Shown piece after piece: positions 41,437-55,283 of a stretch of DNA of 64,000 nucleotides. Source of the DNA: Schizochytrium sp. TIO01 (lineage: Eukaryota; Protista; Bigyra: Labyrinthulomycetes); contig SMSO01000035.1 in the NCBI GenBank assembly GCA_004764695.1, positions 1,612,001 to 1,676,000 on the forward strand, read 5' to 3'. Every line of letters starts with the position of its first letter. Position 1 is the stretch's first letter. The notes under the pieces were generated by a model, which saw only the letters and a list, made by a program, of their open reading frames with translations, had not been told where the DNA came from and did not search any database. The translations under genes were made by a program, and so were the position numbers.

Positions 41437-44400
41437 AGCTCGCGGTTGTTCATTCTAAAATTAAATTTAACTTTAAGGCTAATAAAAATAAAAATAATAA
41501 ATAAGGAGAATGAATCAATGAAACAATAAGCAGAGTTGACTATGAACTTGCTTTCACTCTTCGCTCTATATATATATATTTATTTATATATTTATATACA
41601 CGTACACGCTTGACTCTTTCGAAGTTCTGAAGGTGCCCTCCTGCGTCTTTGGACACGAGGAAGCTGCGTTCTCTTTCCCCGCTTCTCTGCTTCTTTCCCC
41701 CCTCCTTTCCTTTGGCTTCTTTGTTTGTTTTCACTTCAACCCTCCGTGAGTCCCGAGGCTCACTCGTTCGATGCATCGTAGCCATGCATATGCACACATA
41801 CATATCCATGGCCCCTCAACCGCAACCTTCTTATTTCCGTTTCTCTGCGTACACTGAGGTCCACACAGAACGTCCTATTCCAGCGCTAGGCTTTCGACTG
41901 GGTAGAGCAGAGCAGAAAAGAGCAGAAAAGAGCAGAGAAGCCAAGCAAGTCTTCTTTCTGCCTGTGCCCTGTCCTCTGCGCTTTCGCAGCTGGCTCCTGA
42001 CGCAGCACAAGGCACCCTTGGATCCTCGCCTCTTCTTTGGCTGTTTGGGTCTTCTGCCCTTCTTCGCTAAGGCGGGTCGTCGCATCGCTCATATCGCCCC
42101 AATATGTCGGCCAATTGCTCTGTTTATAGCGGCGCTTAGAGCTCTCTTTCTCGTGCTGATCTTATCTAGTCTTCCTAGCATTGCCAAGGGATATGTCTGT
42201 GTAGCGCGCTTAGGGGCCGTCCTAGAGGTTTCCCCAGGACTGACGCTCTTCCAGAGATGACCTCTTCTCTTAGGAGCCCTAGCAGTGTAAGTAGGCGCGA
42301 TGCTAGCTCACCTTTTAACCTAAGGCGTTTCTTCCTTTCTTACCTACTTACTTAATTACTCACTTAAATACTTGCGCGCCTACCATGCAATGAATTCTTT
42401 TTTCAAGCAGATGTTTTTACTTCTTTTACTTTTTGTTTTTTAAAGCGTAGCTAAAACACTCCACCTTCATGTTCCGTTTGTTCCCTCCTGCATTATCGAG
42501 TTGTCCGATTCTAGTCTATGGATGCTCAACCCGCAGTGGTGAGCGCCCCCTTCGCATGACGGGTTGATTATTTGTCTTTCTTCGCCTGCTTTATAATCTG
42601 TTATATTGAATTGTGTTGTATTTCAATTATTCTCCAATTCATTTATTTTATTCTACTTTCCTACTCTTAAAACTAAAAGTACAATTAAAAGCAAAATCTA
42701 CAAAACAAAACAGCGCCTCCAGGAGGAGAAGACGCCAGCCCCAATCACGTACCTGCGTGCTAGCCAACTCCTAGCACATCGAGTTAACTGTACGAAACTA
42801 TAGGAGGTCTGCCTGTTGGGTTTTCGAACAGACTGCAACGGGGTACTAGCTGGCGCCTATCCAGGTCCTACCCAGCCCGCCCTTCTTTCCTTCAAACCCA
42901 AGAGCCCCAGAAATCAGTGAGTGAGAGAGAGAGAGAGAGATAGAGAGAAAGTGCTTATTTCAGTGTGTGCGCGTAGGGACTCCTAGCGCCGCCCTAGTCG
43001 GCCCTTCTCTCTTCAGACCTGGTCTTGTCCAAGCAGAGGACTCAGTCAGGCCAAGCTGTTCTCATATGCCTGTCCCGATGGATTTCCTCTCTCTATTCTG
43101 AGACCTCTCGTACCGCTCGCTCTCTCTTTCTGCCTCTCGCTCTGTCTTTGAAGGAGGAGAAGCGGGCTCTTTCTCCACTGCGACCTCGCTTGCGGAGTTT
43201 ACGCGCTCGTACACACACGGCCTCTGAGGAGAGGGCCGCCTCAATCTGATGCGAAGGGGTTCGAGGGCAACGAATCGGTCAAAGTTGGAGTCTAGCAGAA
43301 AACAGAAACGAGGAGCACAGAGAAAGAAGAAAGAAGAAGGACGCCGACTCGGAAAGAATGAATGAATGAATGAATGAATTGTATGAAGCTTGGAGGAGCA
43401 GCAGCAGCCACAGTGGTCAGCTAGCTAGCTAGCTTCATTAGGCAAAGGCCTGTCCGGAGAAGCGAAGGAGGGGCCTTAAGCCAAAACAGAGAGTCAAACG
43501 ATGAACCAAACGCATTTCAGGCCGATTCATCAGATCAGAGGGTCCTGTCATCATCACCGTAGCAATACATAATGGATTGGTCAAATAATTGATTGAATTA
43601 ATTGATCAATTAATGAATTAATGAATTAATGAAAACGAAACAGGTCCAGTAGAGAGAGAGGGCATCGGCATTGATCATCTATCGGCCTTGAAAAGGAAAT
43701 CCTGAGTTGAGAGGAAGATAGCACATGCCAGCAGGCTGCCAGAACGCCTAGCTAGAGTAGTAAGACTGAAGAAAAGAACTCAAAGGAAAACAACAGACAA
43801 GAGAACAAGTAGAACAGGCTGCTTCGTTTCAAGAATCTATAATAGGTTTTCAATTCTTTATTAGAATTAATTTAATAATAATAATAATAATAGGATCATA
43901 TACAAGCCGAAAAAGTTTATTGCTGCTTTGGAAAGGTAAATGCCTATGTTGGGAAAGTCACAAAGAACATCTTCGTGCTCCCCCCATACACTCCAGGCTC
44001 TCATAGTAGCCCCCAAAAAGGACAAAGTCAGAAGCTGCGCAACGAAAAGAACACATGCCATTTGAACTTGGCGGACTGTTTCGACAACCATGCAAACACA
44101 GCAGATCATTAGCAGTTAAAGTCCTAGCTATAGGAAAGTAAGAAAGAAAAGAAAGAAAGAAAGGAGGACCGAACAGCCAGAGGACACTAACTATGCTTTG
44201 CTCGATCGCGAGTGATTGATTGATTGATTGATTAAATGATCGATCGGTCGATAGATAGGATCGGTCGGTTAAGTTTGTGCTATTTTACTTTGCCCTGACG
44301 ACAGTCCCCTGTCCCCTCTTAACAAGACCTCCATCCACGCCAGAGGGAGGAACGAGTCAAAAATTTAATTAAAAGAAAAGAACAAAACATTTTCTAAAAC

Positions 44401-46992
44401 CGACAGACTTGATTTTCCTCTGCCGTTTATTCACAGCGATTGTGCGTGAGTCTTTCGTCCTCAACTTCGACCTCGTCTTTCTATCTAACTAACTAATTAA
44501 CTCACTGAGTCTCCCTCAACCATCTAACTGACGCACTAACTATCGAAGAAACCAAGTATGGTTTACTTGATTCGCCTTCGAATAGAAGGATATGATAGAC
44601 GAATCCGAATCGTTGGTTTGACTCACTCACTGGCGATACTGGAATCAACATCAACAGGTAATTAATTAACTATTCATTTAATTGATTATTAATTAAGTCC
44701 CTTCATCCATCACACAGGTCAGTATCCCAACTGAGCCAATAGCCCACTAGGTATCAGGAAGACAAAGGCCGTGTCCAATACGCCGTCCGCGTGACAATAC
44801 TTAGTGTGAAATGTGAAGATCTTGATTGTTTGCGGTTTGTTTTCCCTTGAAAGCTCTTATTGTAAGAGCTAAGCTGCGTGCTTTATTCCTGCCTGGCTAG
44901 GTTGTTAGCCCCACAGTATCCTTGCGCTGAGGTAGGGTGTGTCTCGAAACAGCGATACGACTCTCCAAACATACTTATGTTGCAGTTACCCAAAAGAACA
45001 GCGCTTCCCCCTTTGAAGTCTGTTTCCTGTACTTACTCTTTTGTCTGTCTCACTAACTGATTCACTGTCTCACTGTCTCACTGACTGACTGACTGACTGA
45101 CTGACTGACTGACTGACTGTTCACACCGCTCTGCAACTGACGGCCAGGCTTTTATTCTCTTTCTGTGAGTGTTACTGTTTTGGTAACATAACAAACAATG
45201 GAATCCTTCGATGCATTGCGCAGAATAACTTGGAGCGCTCGTTTCTTTGTTTTTTCCAATTTTTTGGTTTCAATTGAAGTGGACGTTGGTTTTCAACTAG
45301 AGGCCTGGCTAGCTGCTTTCGACAGCTGCAGCTCGTTATCTGCCAACGATCATACGCAAGAAGAGCCAGGCCTGGCCTCGAGAGCAACGAATTGAGGCGC
45401 TGTGCTGCTGAAGGTATCAACCATGTCATCGCAGAGGCGCCAACAGAGGAGCGTGAGTTATTGTTGTTGTTGCCGTATTTTAAGTAACAGATCAAAACTT
45501 CTCTCTTATTTCTTCTCTTATTCTTTTTCAGCATTGTTCTATTTGTTTTATTACAAAAACAAATCTTAATTAAAAAATCAGTTATAGGCTGCTCCACAAA
45601 CAAACAAACAAATAAACAAACAAACAAACGAACAAGCGAGAGTTCAAGATGTCCAAAAGAAATGATGTAGCCTAGAAATAAGCCCTCTTTCCCTCCAGGC
45701 CTCAATTTAAACAGGCCTCGCGGCAGCCAAGACATAACTAGAGCTCAGCTTTTGAGAGGCTCTTCTTCCCTGTCCCAGGCATCGCCAGCTTCCACCAGCT
45801 TTCACCTACCTACCCACCTACCTAGGGCTCACCCATCTACCTACTACTAACAGCCACGAGGCAGGCGAAAGAACTAAAAAGGCCCTTCTACTTAGGACGT
45901 GCTAGCACATCTCTAGACAGCAGAGAGGAATTCAGGTCAGGCAGCCTGCTAACTACCCGCTAGGCATTTACATATATAGACATAGGGACTACTCCTACGA
46001 GTGCGGTCCAGTCTTCTCTCTCTCTCTCTTTCTTTCTCTCTTTCTTCGTTTGTTTGTTGGTTGGTTGGTTGGTTGGTTTGATGTATCGACTCCTTTCGAC
46101 CGCCCGTTCCGGATAAGACGGCAAGCTGGAGGCCTCTCAGTCAGACCGTCAGTGAGACCGCCGTCGATGCCGCCACAATTCGCCACTAGCGCCTATTTTA
46201 TCAATCTTCGTACTCCCGCATTCCTTGATTCGCTGTTTTACACAGGCCTACAATAATAAATACAGTATTAACTTATTGATCTATTGACCTGTTATCTCAT
46301 ATATAAATGAGTCAATTAATTAATTCATTCATTCTAAATAAACACATAAATGAAATAAAAGGCCCGTTCTGGTCCAGCTTACCTTGCTTACCCACTCCGT
46401 AGCTAGACTTACTCGAGATCTTTCTTTGTTCCTCCTCTCTCGAGCAGAGGCTGGTTGCCTACAGAGTCTTAGGGCGGCTAGCTCCCAGTCGCTAGCTGCA
46501 GTAGCTGCCAGCTAGTAGTAGAACGCTCTGCGCTCTGTGTGCAGCAGTGGCTCATGCGCGGAGTACGGCAGGGCTTACGCAGGCAAGCCTCCGCGTTGTA
46601 GGCGTGTGCTCTGGAGACGCGATGCCCTCGGCGCTCGCTAAAAAGGCGCCTAGCACTGCCCAAGGCCACGCCGGGGACCGCTCGGCTCGCCAATTCGCGT
46701 GTTTGCTTGCTTGCTTACTTGCTTGCTTGCTTGCTTGCTCGCGAGGGTTTTTATGCGAACTCGAATTTCTTTCTTCTCCACGCCTCTCGGAAAGTCAGCA
46801 AGCAGCCAAGTTCGAATGAAGGAATGAATGAATGAATGAAGGAATGAATGAACGCATTTGCTGATCCATCTTCTCCCAAGTTTGCTTCTACGGAGGTCTC
46901 TCTCTCTATATATATATATATATCTGTCTCTCTCTTTCTCCTTCGTTCTGTCTTTCGTTCTTTCTTTCGTTCTTTCTCTCTGAGTGAGTGAG

Positions 46993-47027
<35 letters not shown>

Positions 47028-48756
47028 GAGTGGAGTCGAAAGGGCGGAGGCTGCCAACTTGTGTCAGGTGCTCTGGACTGCCTCAAGGCTGCGCTCTGTG
47101 GCTCTGATGGATGGATGGATGAATGGATGGATGGATGGATGGATGTTCGCAGGCCGCCCCAAGTGCCAGGGAAGAACACAGACTTGAGGCCTCTGGATCT
47201 TGAGAGTACTGCAGTGCTACTCAAACGCAAGCAAACTCGTCACAGAGGAGTCTGAGATCTTCTGCATGCTCTACCCTTTTCTTCAGTGCTAGCCAGAGTC
47301 TTTGGCGTCTGTCTAACTAGCTAGCTATCTGGGCAGATAGGAGTACTGGGAACCTGCGCCATATTGTTCTACTAAACGTAGAATAAAAGGCGGACCCCTC
47401 CATTGTGGCCAGTGAATGTACGCCGGAAACCAAAAGATCAAAACATCAATGGCTGCTTTAGATTGCAGCTTTTACACAATCCAAGGGAGAAAATAGAAAC
47501 CAAACTATGGCAGGCTGGCAGGCAGGCAGCCAGACAGACGATACACGGATCTCAATTTCAGGAATCTCGCGGTTGAAGCTGTCCTGGCTTAAGTTATTAA
47601 TTGACAACCCGAGGTGCTAAAAGTCTTTCCCTCACAGTCTCTGTGTGACTCTAGAGTAAGAGTGTGTCAGACCGTTGTATTTCTTTGAGAACAGAATTAT
47701 TTACAATTTTAAAATAAACTATAATTGATTACACTCTATAGAAAAGGATCACTCACATGTTGCTATCTATAGTGGTAGGTTATTACCCACCCTCTCTGAA
47801 CATCATATAGCTAGCTATCCATATATCTATCTGCCAAGGCGGAGAAAGCGCTTTCTCCCTCCCTCAACCGGTAGGAGTACTTAGTATGTTGTTACAGCAG
47901 GCTATGCTGCTGTGCAGCATTTTCCTAAGCACCGCTATAGGCGCAATAGCACACTCCCTGCAACAGTGTGGCGTTTTATTATTCTTTCAAGTTCTACAAG
48001 TTGGCAACAACTCCTTAACTGATACCTACTGGTCTCTGCGAAATAAGCTCTGCACTCACGACTGCAGAAAGCTGCTTGTGGGCGGCCAGACCTTTTAAGC
48101 GAGAACCTACTACCCACTGCCTACCTTTTGCTACATGAAACTACTCCTGACTGACTCTCACAAAAAAAAATAAAAAACAAATCTCTCACTCGGCATCAAT
48201 AAATAAACGTGTTGGTCGTTATAAATAGCTTACTAAGCGTGCCTTTGGTGCTTTCGCATTGAGCTCTTGGTATCAGGTAGGTAGGTACTTCCCCTTAGTA
48301 AGCCTTTCTGAAATCTCCTTTCATCAGTTTTTCCCATTCTTAAAGTATATTTTTTTCTTAATGCAAATAAAATGAATAGCAGTCTTCTCTTCTTTTTTCT
48401 TTTTTAACATTTTTTTAACAAAGGTTTTTTATTTTATTTCTTTTTTAGGAATAATTTATTTTAATGCAAAAATAAGACGAGAGGGTCCAAAGAGGAAACA
48501 CTTGCGTTAGATAATACATCGAGTAGGTAGTAAGTACGTAAGTACTTAGGTAGAAAGGATGGATGGTCGGGCAGAGATTCTATGGAAGCGAATTGTCCAA
48601 GCACCTGTGAGCGAGTGAGCGAGTGAGTGAGTGAGTGAGTGAGTGAGAGAACGCCAACAGCCGCCTTGCCTTTCCTGGCATTTAGATAGAGGTTAAAGTC
48701 TAGCAGAGGGAAGCACGTAACAGCAGGAAGATAAGCCGCGGCCCTCAGTGGGTGGG

Positions 48757-48789
<33 letters not shown>

Positions 48790-51515
48790 GCTGGTCGATC
48801 TTGGAGTCTTCTAATTTGTGACGTTTTTATCAATCTTTCTTGCTTCTCTACCTCTAGCTAGAGACTATCGGCAGTTTAGGAAAGTACAACAAGTAGTATT
48901 TTAAAAAAATAATAATAAAAATAATCGAAGAATTATTACTTATATTTTACTCTTGTCTATACCTCAACTTTTTTTTTTTCTTTTCTTCCTTATCTGTGTG
49001 CTACTTACTGTCTGAAAATAATAAAGTAGCACACTAGTATTTTTTGTTGATTAAAATTTATTTCAAAATAAATAAAAAATGGAACTGTTTTCACATTCAT
49101 GTTATTATTATTTTTTAGAATAAAGCTTTTCGTGAGGTAGTCAGAGTAAGTTGAAGAGAAATGCTGCGTACGCTGTTGGAGATCCGGAGACTATAGTCGG
49201 TACCTAGGTACTGCTTACCTGTTTACGCCCACTGGAAATAAAGACTAATTAGAAATTAATCACGACGTACTTAGTCCAGATTGCCTCAGAGGCGGCATCG
49301 AAGTACCTCTTTGGACAAGCTTACAAGTGTGCCATTCAACTCTACTAGTAAGCAAAAGAAGGCGTTGTCTCTCAACAGCAAGAAGTAAAAAGGCAAGACT
49401 TTGTTTGTACCAGGAACAACGCAAAAACTGTTTTGTTTTGGTTTGTTTCGTTTTTATTTTGCCAGCGCCTAGTATCTGCTTAACAGCGTCGCTACATAGG
49501 ATCTTTCTATCCATCTGTCTGTCTGTCTGTCTGTTTGCCCACATGTAGTTTCTTTTCTCTGTTTGAGTGTATTTAGAAGAAAGAGTCCTCTATTTGCTCT
49601 TTCAGATTGAAACAGAAAACACTGCTAAAAAGAACCCTCGAACCAATCGAGAGCCGTCCAATCGATCAGAGTGATCGCACGACTGAACTTAATTCCTCTT
49701 GTCTCGTCAAGGCGGGCGTGCCTCAGAGCGAGCGAGAGTGCGTGAGGTCGCCTGCCTACCATCGCCAGCGAGGAAACAGCTGGAGGCTTTCTTGCGTGTG
49801 CAGGTTGTGCCGTATAAGTATCTAGGCTCCTGCTGAAGGTGGTGTGGGAGAGAATTCGCGTCAAATGTAGAGCGCGGCGCTCTGTGGAACACAGCGAAAC
49901 CGGCTTCTCTTTGGAAGAGGCTTGCAGAATGCCCCGCACCTCTGCCCACAGATTGAGCTGCGGAGAGGAGAGTGTGGCTGTGCTTGCCATACTGCGCTGT
50001 GGAGGCCTTTCGCCGGCTAGCTTTGCGCGGCAGCCTGGACCTGTGATTGGGACGGGACTCCTCCAGCCCCTCTTAGCGGCCGCCCTCCCTCTGACAAGGG
50101 GCCCCTCTGCATTCATTATCCAGCAGCAGCTCAGGAGACCCGACCTCCGCTCCCTCCCACTCTCTCACTCACTCTCTCACTCACTCTCTCTCTCACTCTC
50201 TCTCGCACTCTCTCTCGCACTCTCTGTACAGCGAAAGAGCTGCTCCGACACCGAGTCGTCGAATCAGTTAGTCAATTCAAGCGACCAGCCAACCAACCAA
50301 CCAACCAACAAACAAACGAACAGACAGACAGGCAGACAGATAGAAAGAGAAAAATAAACTGACTCACGCACGCTCGCTCACAAACAGACAGACAGACAGA
50401 CAGACTGTGAGAGAGAGAGAGAGAGAGAGAGAAAAGTTGGCAACGGCCTGTTCGGTTCTCTCCCTGCTAGTTGCAGCACTGTTGCTGTCCGCACACCCAC
50501 AACGCGCCAATCATCCCCGCAAACCTTGTAAAACACGGGCTGTGGGGAGGTCCCGCCCCTCATGTTTCCCCAAGCGCCCGACATCATTTTCTTCCGCGTC
50601 CGCTCCACGAAACGCCGTCGTACCTCGGCGCTGTGAAATTGCGTCATCGCCAGACACCGGGCCAGCTCCGTGCGCAATGCGGACGATCACGCTCGGGCAA
50701 AGTTTGGTTCCCTATGTTCGTTTGCGCAACTGATTTTCTTTTGCAGAGCTGACTCTAGACTCCCTGTGTTCCCTTTGCACAACCCGTATTTGTTTTGTAT
50801 AGGCCTATGGAAAGCAGTAGTGTCATCACTAGCTGCTCAGACGTAGCGGGAATACTAGGATAGCAATATATATGCTGCTATCACAATTTATAAAAAAGAA
50901 ATTTGTTCGTATTCGATTCAGACTTACTTCCCTTCCTCACGCACGTGCTAGCTCAACATGAGATCAGGTTGCGGCGATCACAAATGGTGATACATAGGTA
51001 TATCAGATCAAACAGCACTTCGTGAGACTGACGGTAGCTGGCAAGCAGCAGGTGCGTAGATGTAGTAGATACAGCCACCGACTTTTGATCAGGAGTACAA
51101 ATTAATTAAGCCTTGTTTGTTTGGGAGGGGGGTTCTCTTAGGCTTCTTGATACAGAAGAAGCTCGCATAGGAATAGGCCTCCAGCAGCGCACGCATCAAG
51201 CACACTTGATTCATGCAGGACTCTGCTCCATACATAATCTTGCAAACTCTGGCGTTGCCGCTAGCTGCGACGGCAAAACGAAACAAAAGCCAGAGAAACA
51301 TAAAACTAAGAACAAGGTACAAATCGTGACAGTGTCACAAATTGCCCCCAAACCAGCCAGACCTAGCTTTCTGCTACGCCAAAACACCCAGGCACGTTAG
51401 CACTCACCCTGAGTAGCTTTTGTGCACATTCCTGCTTATGAACACGCGCACACATCGCGTCAACTAGATATACTTACCTACCTACTTGATAGAGTGAGTG
51501 ATAAAGCAAAGAGCA

Positions 51516-53390
51516 ATGCCTGAAGCAGTGGCAGGAAAGGCACCAATACCCAACGTGGCTACTGTGTCAGCTGTTGTAGCGACTTTGGCCGCCATGACTC
51601 TATGGACGTGGCTTCGAAAAGGCAGTGCCAAGGCGACCTCCGCGTCAATGAGCCCTGCCCCCTCTGGGGCCCAAACTGAGAAATCGCGTGCATCAACCTC
51701 ACAATTGAAACAAAGCAAAGAGCGCTCCCAAAATGTCAATGACACCAAAGCGCAAGCTGGGCATGATCAAGATCAGACTCCTCAACAGAGAGCCTTGGCA
51801 CAAGCATATCAGCAAGCCCAAATGCTATCAGCACGCGAGGAATGGCGCATGCAAAAACAACATGAGCAATCTGGAACAGGAAACAGGAAATCCAGACCAG
51901 TGCCTATCACGCTTGTTACTGGTGACCTCGGCAGCGGGAAAACAACCCTTATTCGAAGAGTTATTGAGTCTGTCAGAGACTTTTCACTCGGAGTTGTAGT
52001 CAATGACTTTGCACCCTTAAATATTGACAAAGAAGCTATTGAAGAACAGGCGCAATTAGTGCGCCAAGCCCCAGGGGCTGCAGTAAGCCCCCAGGTTGTG
52101 GAACTCAGCAATGGATGCGTTTGCTGTTCTCTCTCATCAGGACTTGCCGACGCTGTGCGTGCCATGGTGGCGACGAACAGAGAAGCTGGTATCGACTATA
52201 TCCTCGTTGAAACTAGTGGTCTCACAAACCCGGCTGCCATCGTGCGCGTGATTGAACAGGAGATCCAAGGCTCGGTTCGCCTGGATGCAGTAGTCCTTGT
52301 CACGGATGCTGATCGATGGCCCCAAACGCTTGCTACCACGGAGCTCACGCTCGCAGATATTATTCTCCTAAATAAGACAGATATCTTCCCTTCGGAGAGC
52401 GCCAGGGAAGATGCTCAAAACCAACTCCAACAAGCTGCTGGCAAGGCACGCGTCGTACCATGCTCTTTCGGAGAGATCCCGCTCGAACAAGTTCTCGATG
52501 TTGTACGGGTAGAACCAGAACGGGAAGCTTTCGGTCGGATGGTAACTGGGAAACATGCCCGCGAGCGCCTTGGCACCTATACGATCCCTGAAAACGGAGG
52601 AAACCTCACGGTTCGACTCCCACCTCCAACTAATGCGAAGCATGCATCCAAACAGGTGAACCGCTGGTCATCCATAGTATTTCGTCAAAAGTCCGCCATA
52701 TCCCTTGTTAGTCTCCAACGCTACCTTCTCGACGATGCAGCTTGTATAGAAAAACTTGCTCGCTTGAAGGGAACTGCTACTTTCATTGAGGCTCCAGAAC
52801 AAGATTTTGATTTCCAGATTAGTGGTGCTGCTAGAATCAGTCTCGTGCCGCGGTCAACGATCCGTGTCACTAGCGCCCGTTGTGAACTTGCTGCGGTTGT
52901 GCAAGGCGACAAACAAGATGCTGACAACCTACACGATCTTCTTTTGAAGGCCTGTGATTTGGATCTAACTTCAACAGCCGATAAAGATTCTCAATCAACT
53001 GATGACCTTGCGACGATTTTGAAGCAAGATGCAAACTGGATCATCGTTGACGAATCCCCGCATCTTCTCAGATTACGACTTGTTGGAACTCGGAGCTACG
53101 CCGTGGGACCTGACGACATGATTCGCAAATTTGCTATTGATTTGAATGCGGCCAACTTGACATTTGTCAAAGCTATCAATGCTTCTGGCCTACGTGTTGC
53201 CTCACTTCCATTCTACTATATGAACGAGACTAGTGATGCTGAAAAAACTGTTGGACTTCTTCTCACAAACTTCAACCAAGGTGATCTTGCACCGCAAGAT
53301 TGGCAGCGTGTGCTCCAAGCTATTGATACTGCTACGCAGACCGCTTTCAAAGTTGATTTCGTCAATGTCAAGCACTGCAGGTGTGATTAA
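51516..53390 (+). CDS. CobW/COG0523 (ZNG1-family) G3E P-loop GTPase metallochaperone with N-terminal transmembrane segment
   Basis: PVPITLVTGDLGSGKTT (Walker A), VVVNDFAPLNID, ELSNGCVCC (CxCC metal site), ILVETSG (Walker B), ILLNKTD, and CobW_C-like LARLKG. First ATG at 51516. Confidence 0.92.
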   Translation: MPEAVAGKAPIPNVATVSAVVATLAAMTLWTWLRKGSAKATSASMSPAPSGAQTEKSRASTSQLKQSKERSQNVNDTKAQAGHDQDQTPQQRALAQAYQQAQMLSAREEWRMQKQHEQSGTGNRKSRPVPITLVTGDLGSGKTTLIRRVIESVRDFSLGVVVNDFAPLNIDKEAIEEQAQLVRQAPGAAVSPQVVELSNGCVCCSLSSGLADAVRAMVATNREAGIDYILVETSGLTNPAAIVRVIEQEIQGSVRLDAVVLVTDADRWPQTLATTELTLADIILLNKTDIFPSESAREDAQNQLQQAAGKARVVPCSFGEIPLEQVLDVVRVEPEREAFGRMVTGKHARERLGTYTIPENGGNLTVRLPPPTNAKHASKQVNRWSSIVFRQKSAISLVSLQRYLLDDAACIEKLARLKGTATFIEAPEQDFDFQISGAARISLVPRSTIRVTSARCELAAVVQGDKQDADNLHDLLLKACDLDLTSTADKDSQSTDDLATILKQDANWIIVDESPHLLRLRLVGTRSYAVGPDDMIRKFAIDLNAANLTFVKAINASGLRVASLPFYYMNETSDAEKTVGLLLTNFNQGDLAPQDWQRVLQAIDTATQTAFKVDFVNVKHCRCD

Positions 53391-54872
53391 AATTTCAACA
53401 ACAAAAATTCTCAAGCACATCGTATATTAAGGTTACCACATATCACTGTGTAATCTGTTCTATAAAATGCGTAATACCTATTGACTGAAAGTGTTGCTGA
53501 TAGATATACAACTAGCTTTTCTTTCTTCTAACTATTAAAACCGTAGGTTGGGTAAACTTGAATTGCTATAATTAAAAAATCGCAATACTGCACACGCCCG
53601 ATCCATTGTAGCCTCGCAACATGTTTGAGGAAACCTCCGGAACAACCCTCGCTCTTCAATTGGTTTTGTTTTCCGCAATGAAAATAAAATTCAGGGCCAA
53701 TCGTCTGTGGTCTACCCTCTTCCTCACTCCATTCTATGCAATCTCCAGGAATAACGAGAAGAATAAGAAACTAGGTAGATCTGTTAGCTAGTTTAGCCTA
53801 TGAATTCATCTTGTACCTAGCGTTAACTTAAGAAATCAGGCTTCATCCTTCTTGAGTTCACCGCTTCACTATGTGCGTCATTATTATAGAAAATTCATTC
53901 CATCTCGAAAATTGACTTCGATTCGACTCAATAACCTCCTTCTAAAACTCGTCCAAATTGTGCGCCCTCGACTAATGACATTATCTTTCACATTGAGATG
54001 ACGAATAATCTTCTCCTGTTCACACAAGCATAAAAATCGAAAAGTATTCTTGCTCTTGATCTCTTAATTAAAAGCCCTCGAAGAGTAACAAGTCCATCGA
54101 AGTTGCAGTACCCACCTTGAGATGAAGTCTACGCTTCTTATCTTGAAGAAACAACATTTAAGATCATCTTTGTTCGTTTTTAAAACTTGCTTTTGTCTAG
54201 TCAAAATTAAAAGGTGATGGATGTAAGTCGCAGCAGTAGCACATGGATTGCCGGAATGGACCAAAAGTTTTGAATGATGCGTCATTAATCTCATTAACCC
54301 AATCATTTATGGTCATTCATTGATCATTCGCTACTTTTTTATAATATTATGAGTCAAACGAAGGTCCTGTACGTAGACAAGACTGTGTAGAGGGGGTAAC
54401 AGTATGTCAAGTATATATGTAGAGGCTTTTTTCTTTCGTCTAGAATACAGCCCAAGAGGCTTGTCTACGTTTAGAAGAAAGAATTTGCCAGAAGTACATA
54501 CTCGCGTAAAGAGAAAATGGTAGTTGAAGCTGCACAAAATGTAGAAACAGAGAAAGCCTCCTGATTTTCGATATTGTCAACGGAGAAAAGGAAAAGGAAG
54601 GAGTAGAAGAAACACAAAGTCCAGGCAACAGCTGCAAACGCAACGTCAGGAAACAAAATAACAGTATTTCGACATGTTCATTCTATTCCTCATGTCAGAT
54701 TTTTGAAAACCTAAACATATGAACGCGCTAATGATGGTATCTGGGTTGGCAGGGCGACCTGCTAAATTGAAATGCAATACAGGTGATCTTTGTCGCGTTT
54801 TTGCTGCTGCTGCAGCTATAATTATTGCTGTGATTGTGTCCGCATCAAATACGTGAGAGGTGGCTAATAAAT

Positions 54873-55283
54873 TCACATCATCACACAACAACCTTGCGGT
54901 GAGGATTTTTCTTCGTCAGTCTCCTGCATACTCTCCTTCGGGGTATCGAACTGTTTCGGCAAAATAGAGACATTAACTGGCGTGGGGTGCGTATCAAAAA
55001 TTGGGATTTTGGCACTCCCCAAAGTCTTGGTAGAGCTGTTATCTAGCTCCTTACCCATGCAAAGCAAACGGACACGTCGGACATCAGTGGGTTTCTCTAG
55101 CCGCTCCGGCCAGTTCTCCAGTAAAGCGTATTTAACCTCTTCCTGCGGTGTATCCAAAGAGAACTCCAGAATCACATAGACTCCATCATAATTCGCAAAG
55201 AGGAAGCGCAAGCTGAGCATGTTGTCCTCCTTTCCCATCGTGACTGACGACGCGGATGAAGACGAAGACGAATCTCGTAGCAT
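54873..55283 (-). CDS. Membrane-anchored ubiquitin-fold protein (MUB/UBL3-like) with C-terminal CaaX
   Basis: LRFLFAN...VKYALLENWP...VRLLCMGKEL...PTPVNVSI fits the MUB/UBL3 fold, and the C-terminus GCCVMM is a CaaX box with an adjacent Cys. ATG 55283; a possible 5'UTR intron spans 55297-55530. Confidence 0.85.
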   Translation of the reverse strand: MLRDSSSSSSASSVTMGKEDNMLSLRFLFANYDGVYVILEFSLDTPQEEVKYALLENWPERLEKPTDVRRVRLLCMGKELDNSSTKTLGSAKIPIFDTHPTPVNVSILPKQFDTPKESMQETDEEKSSPQGCCVMM

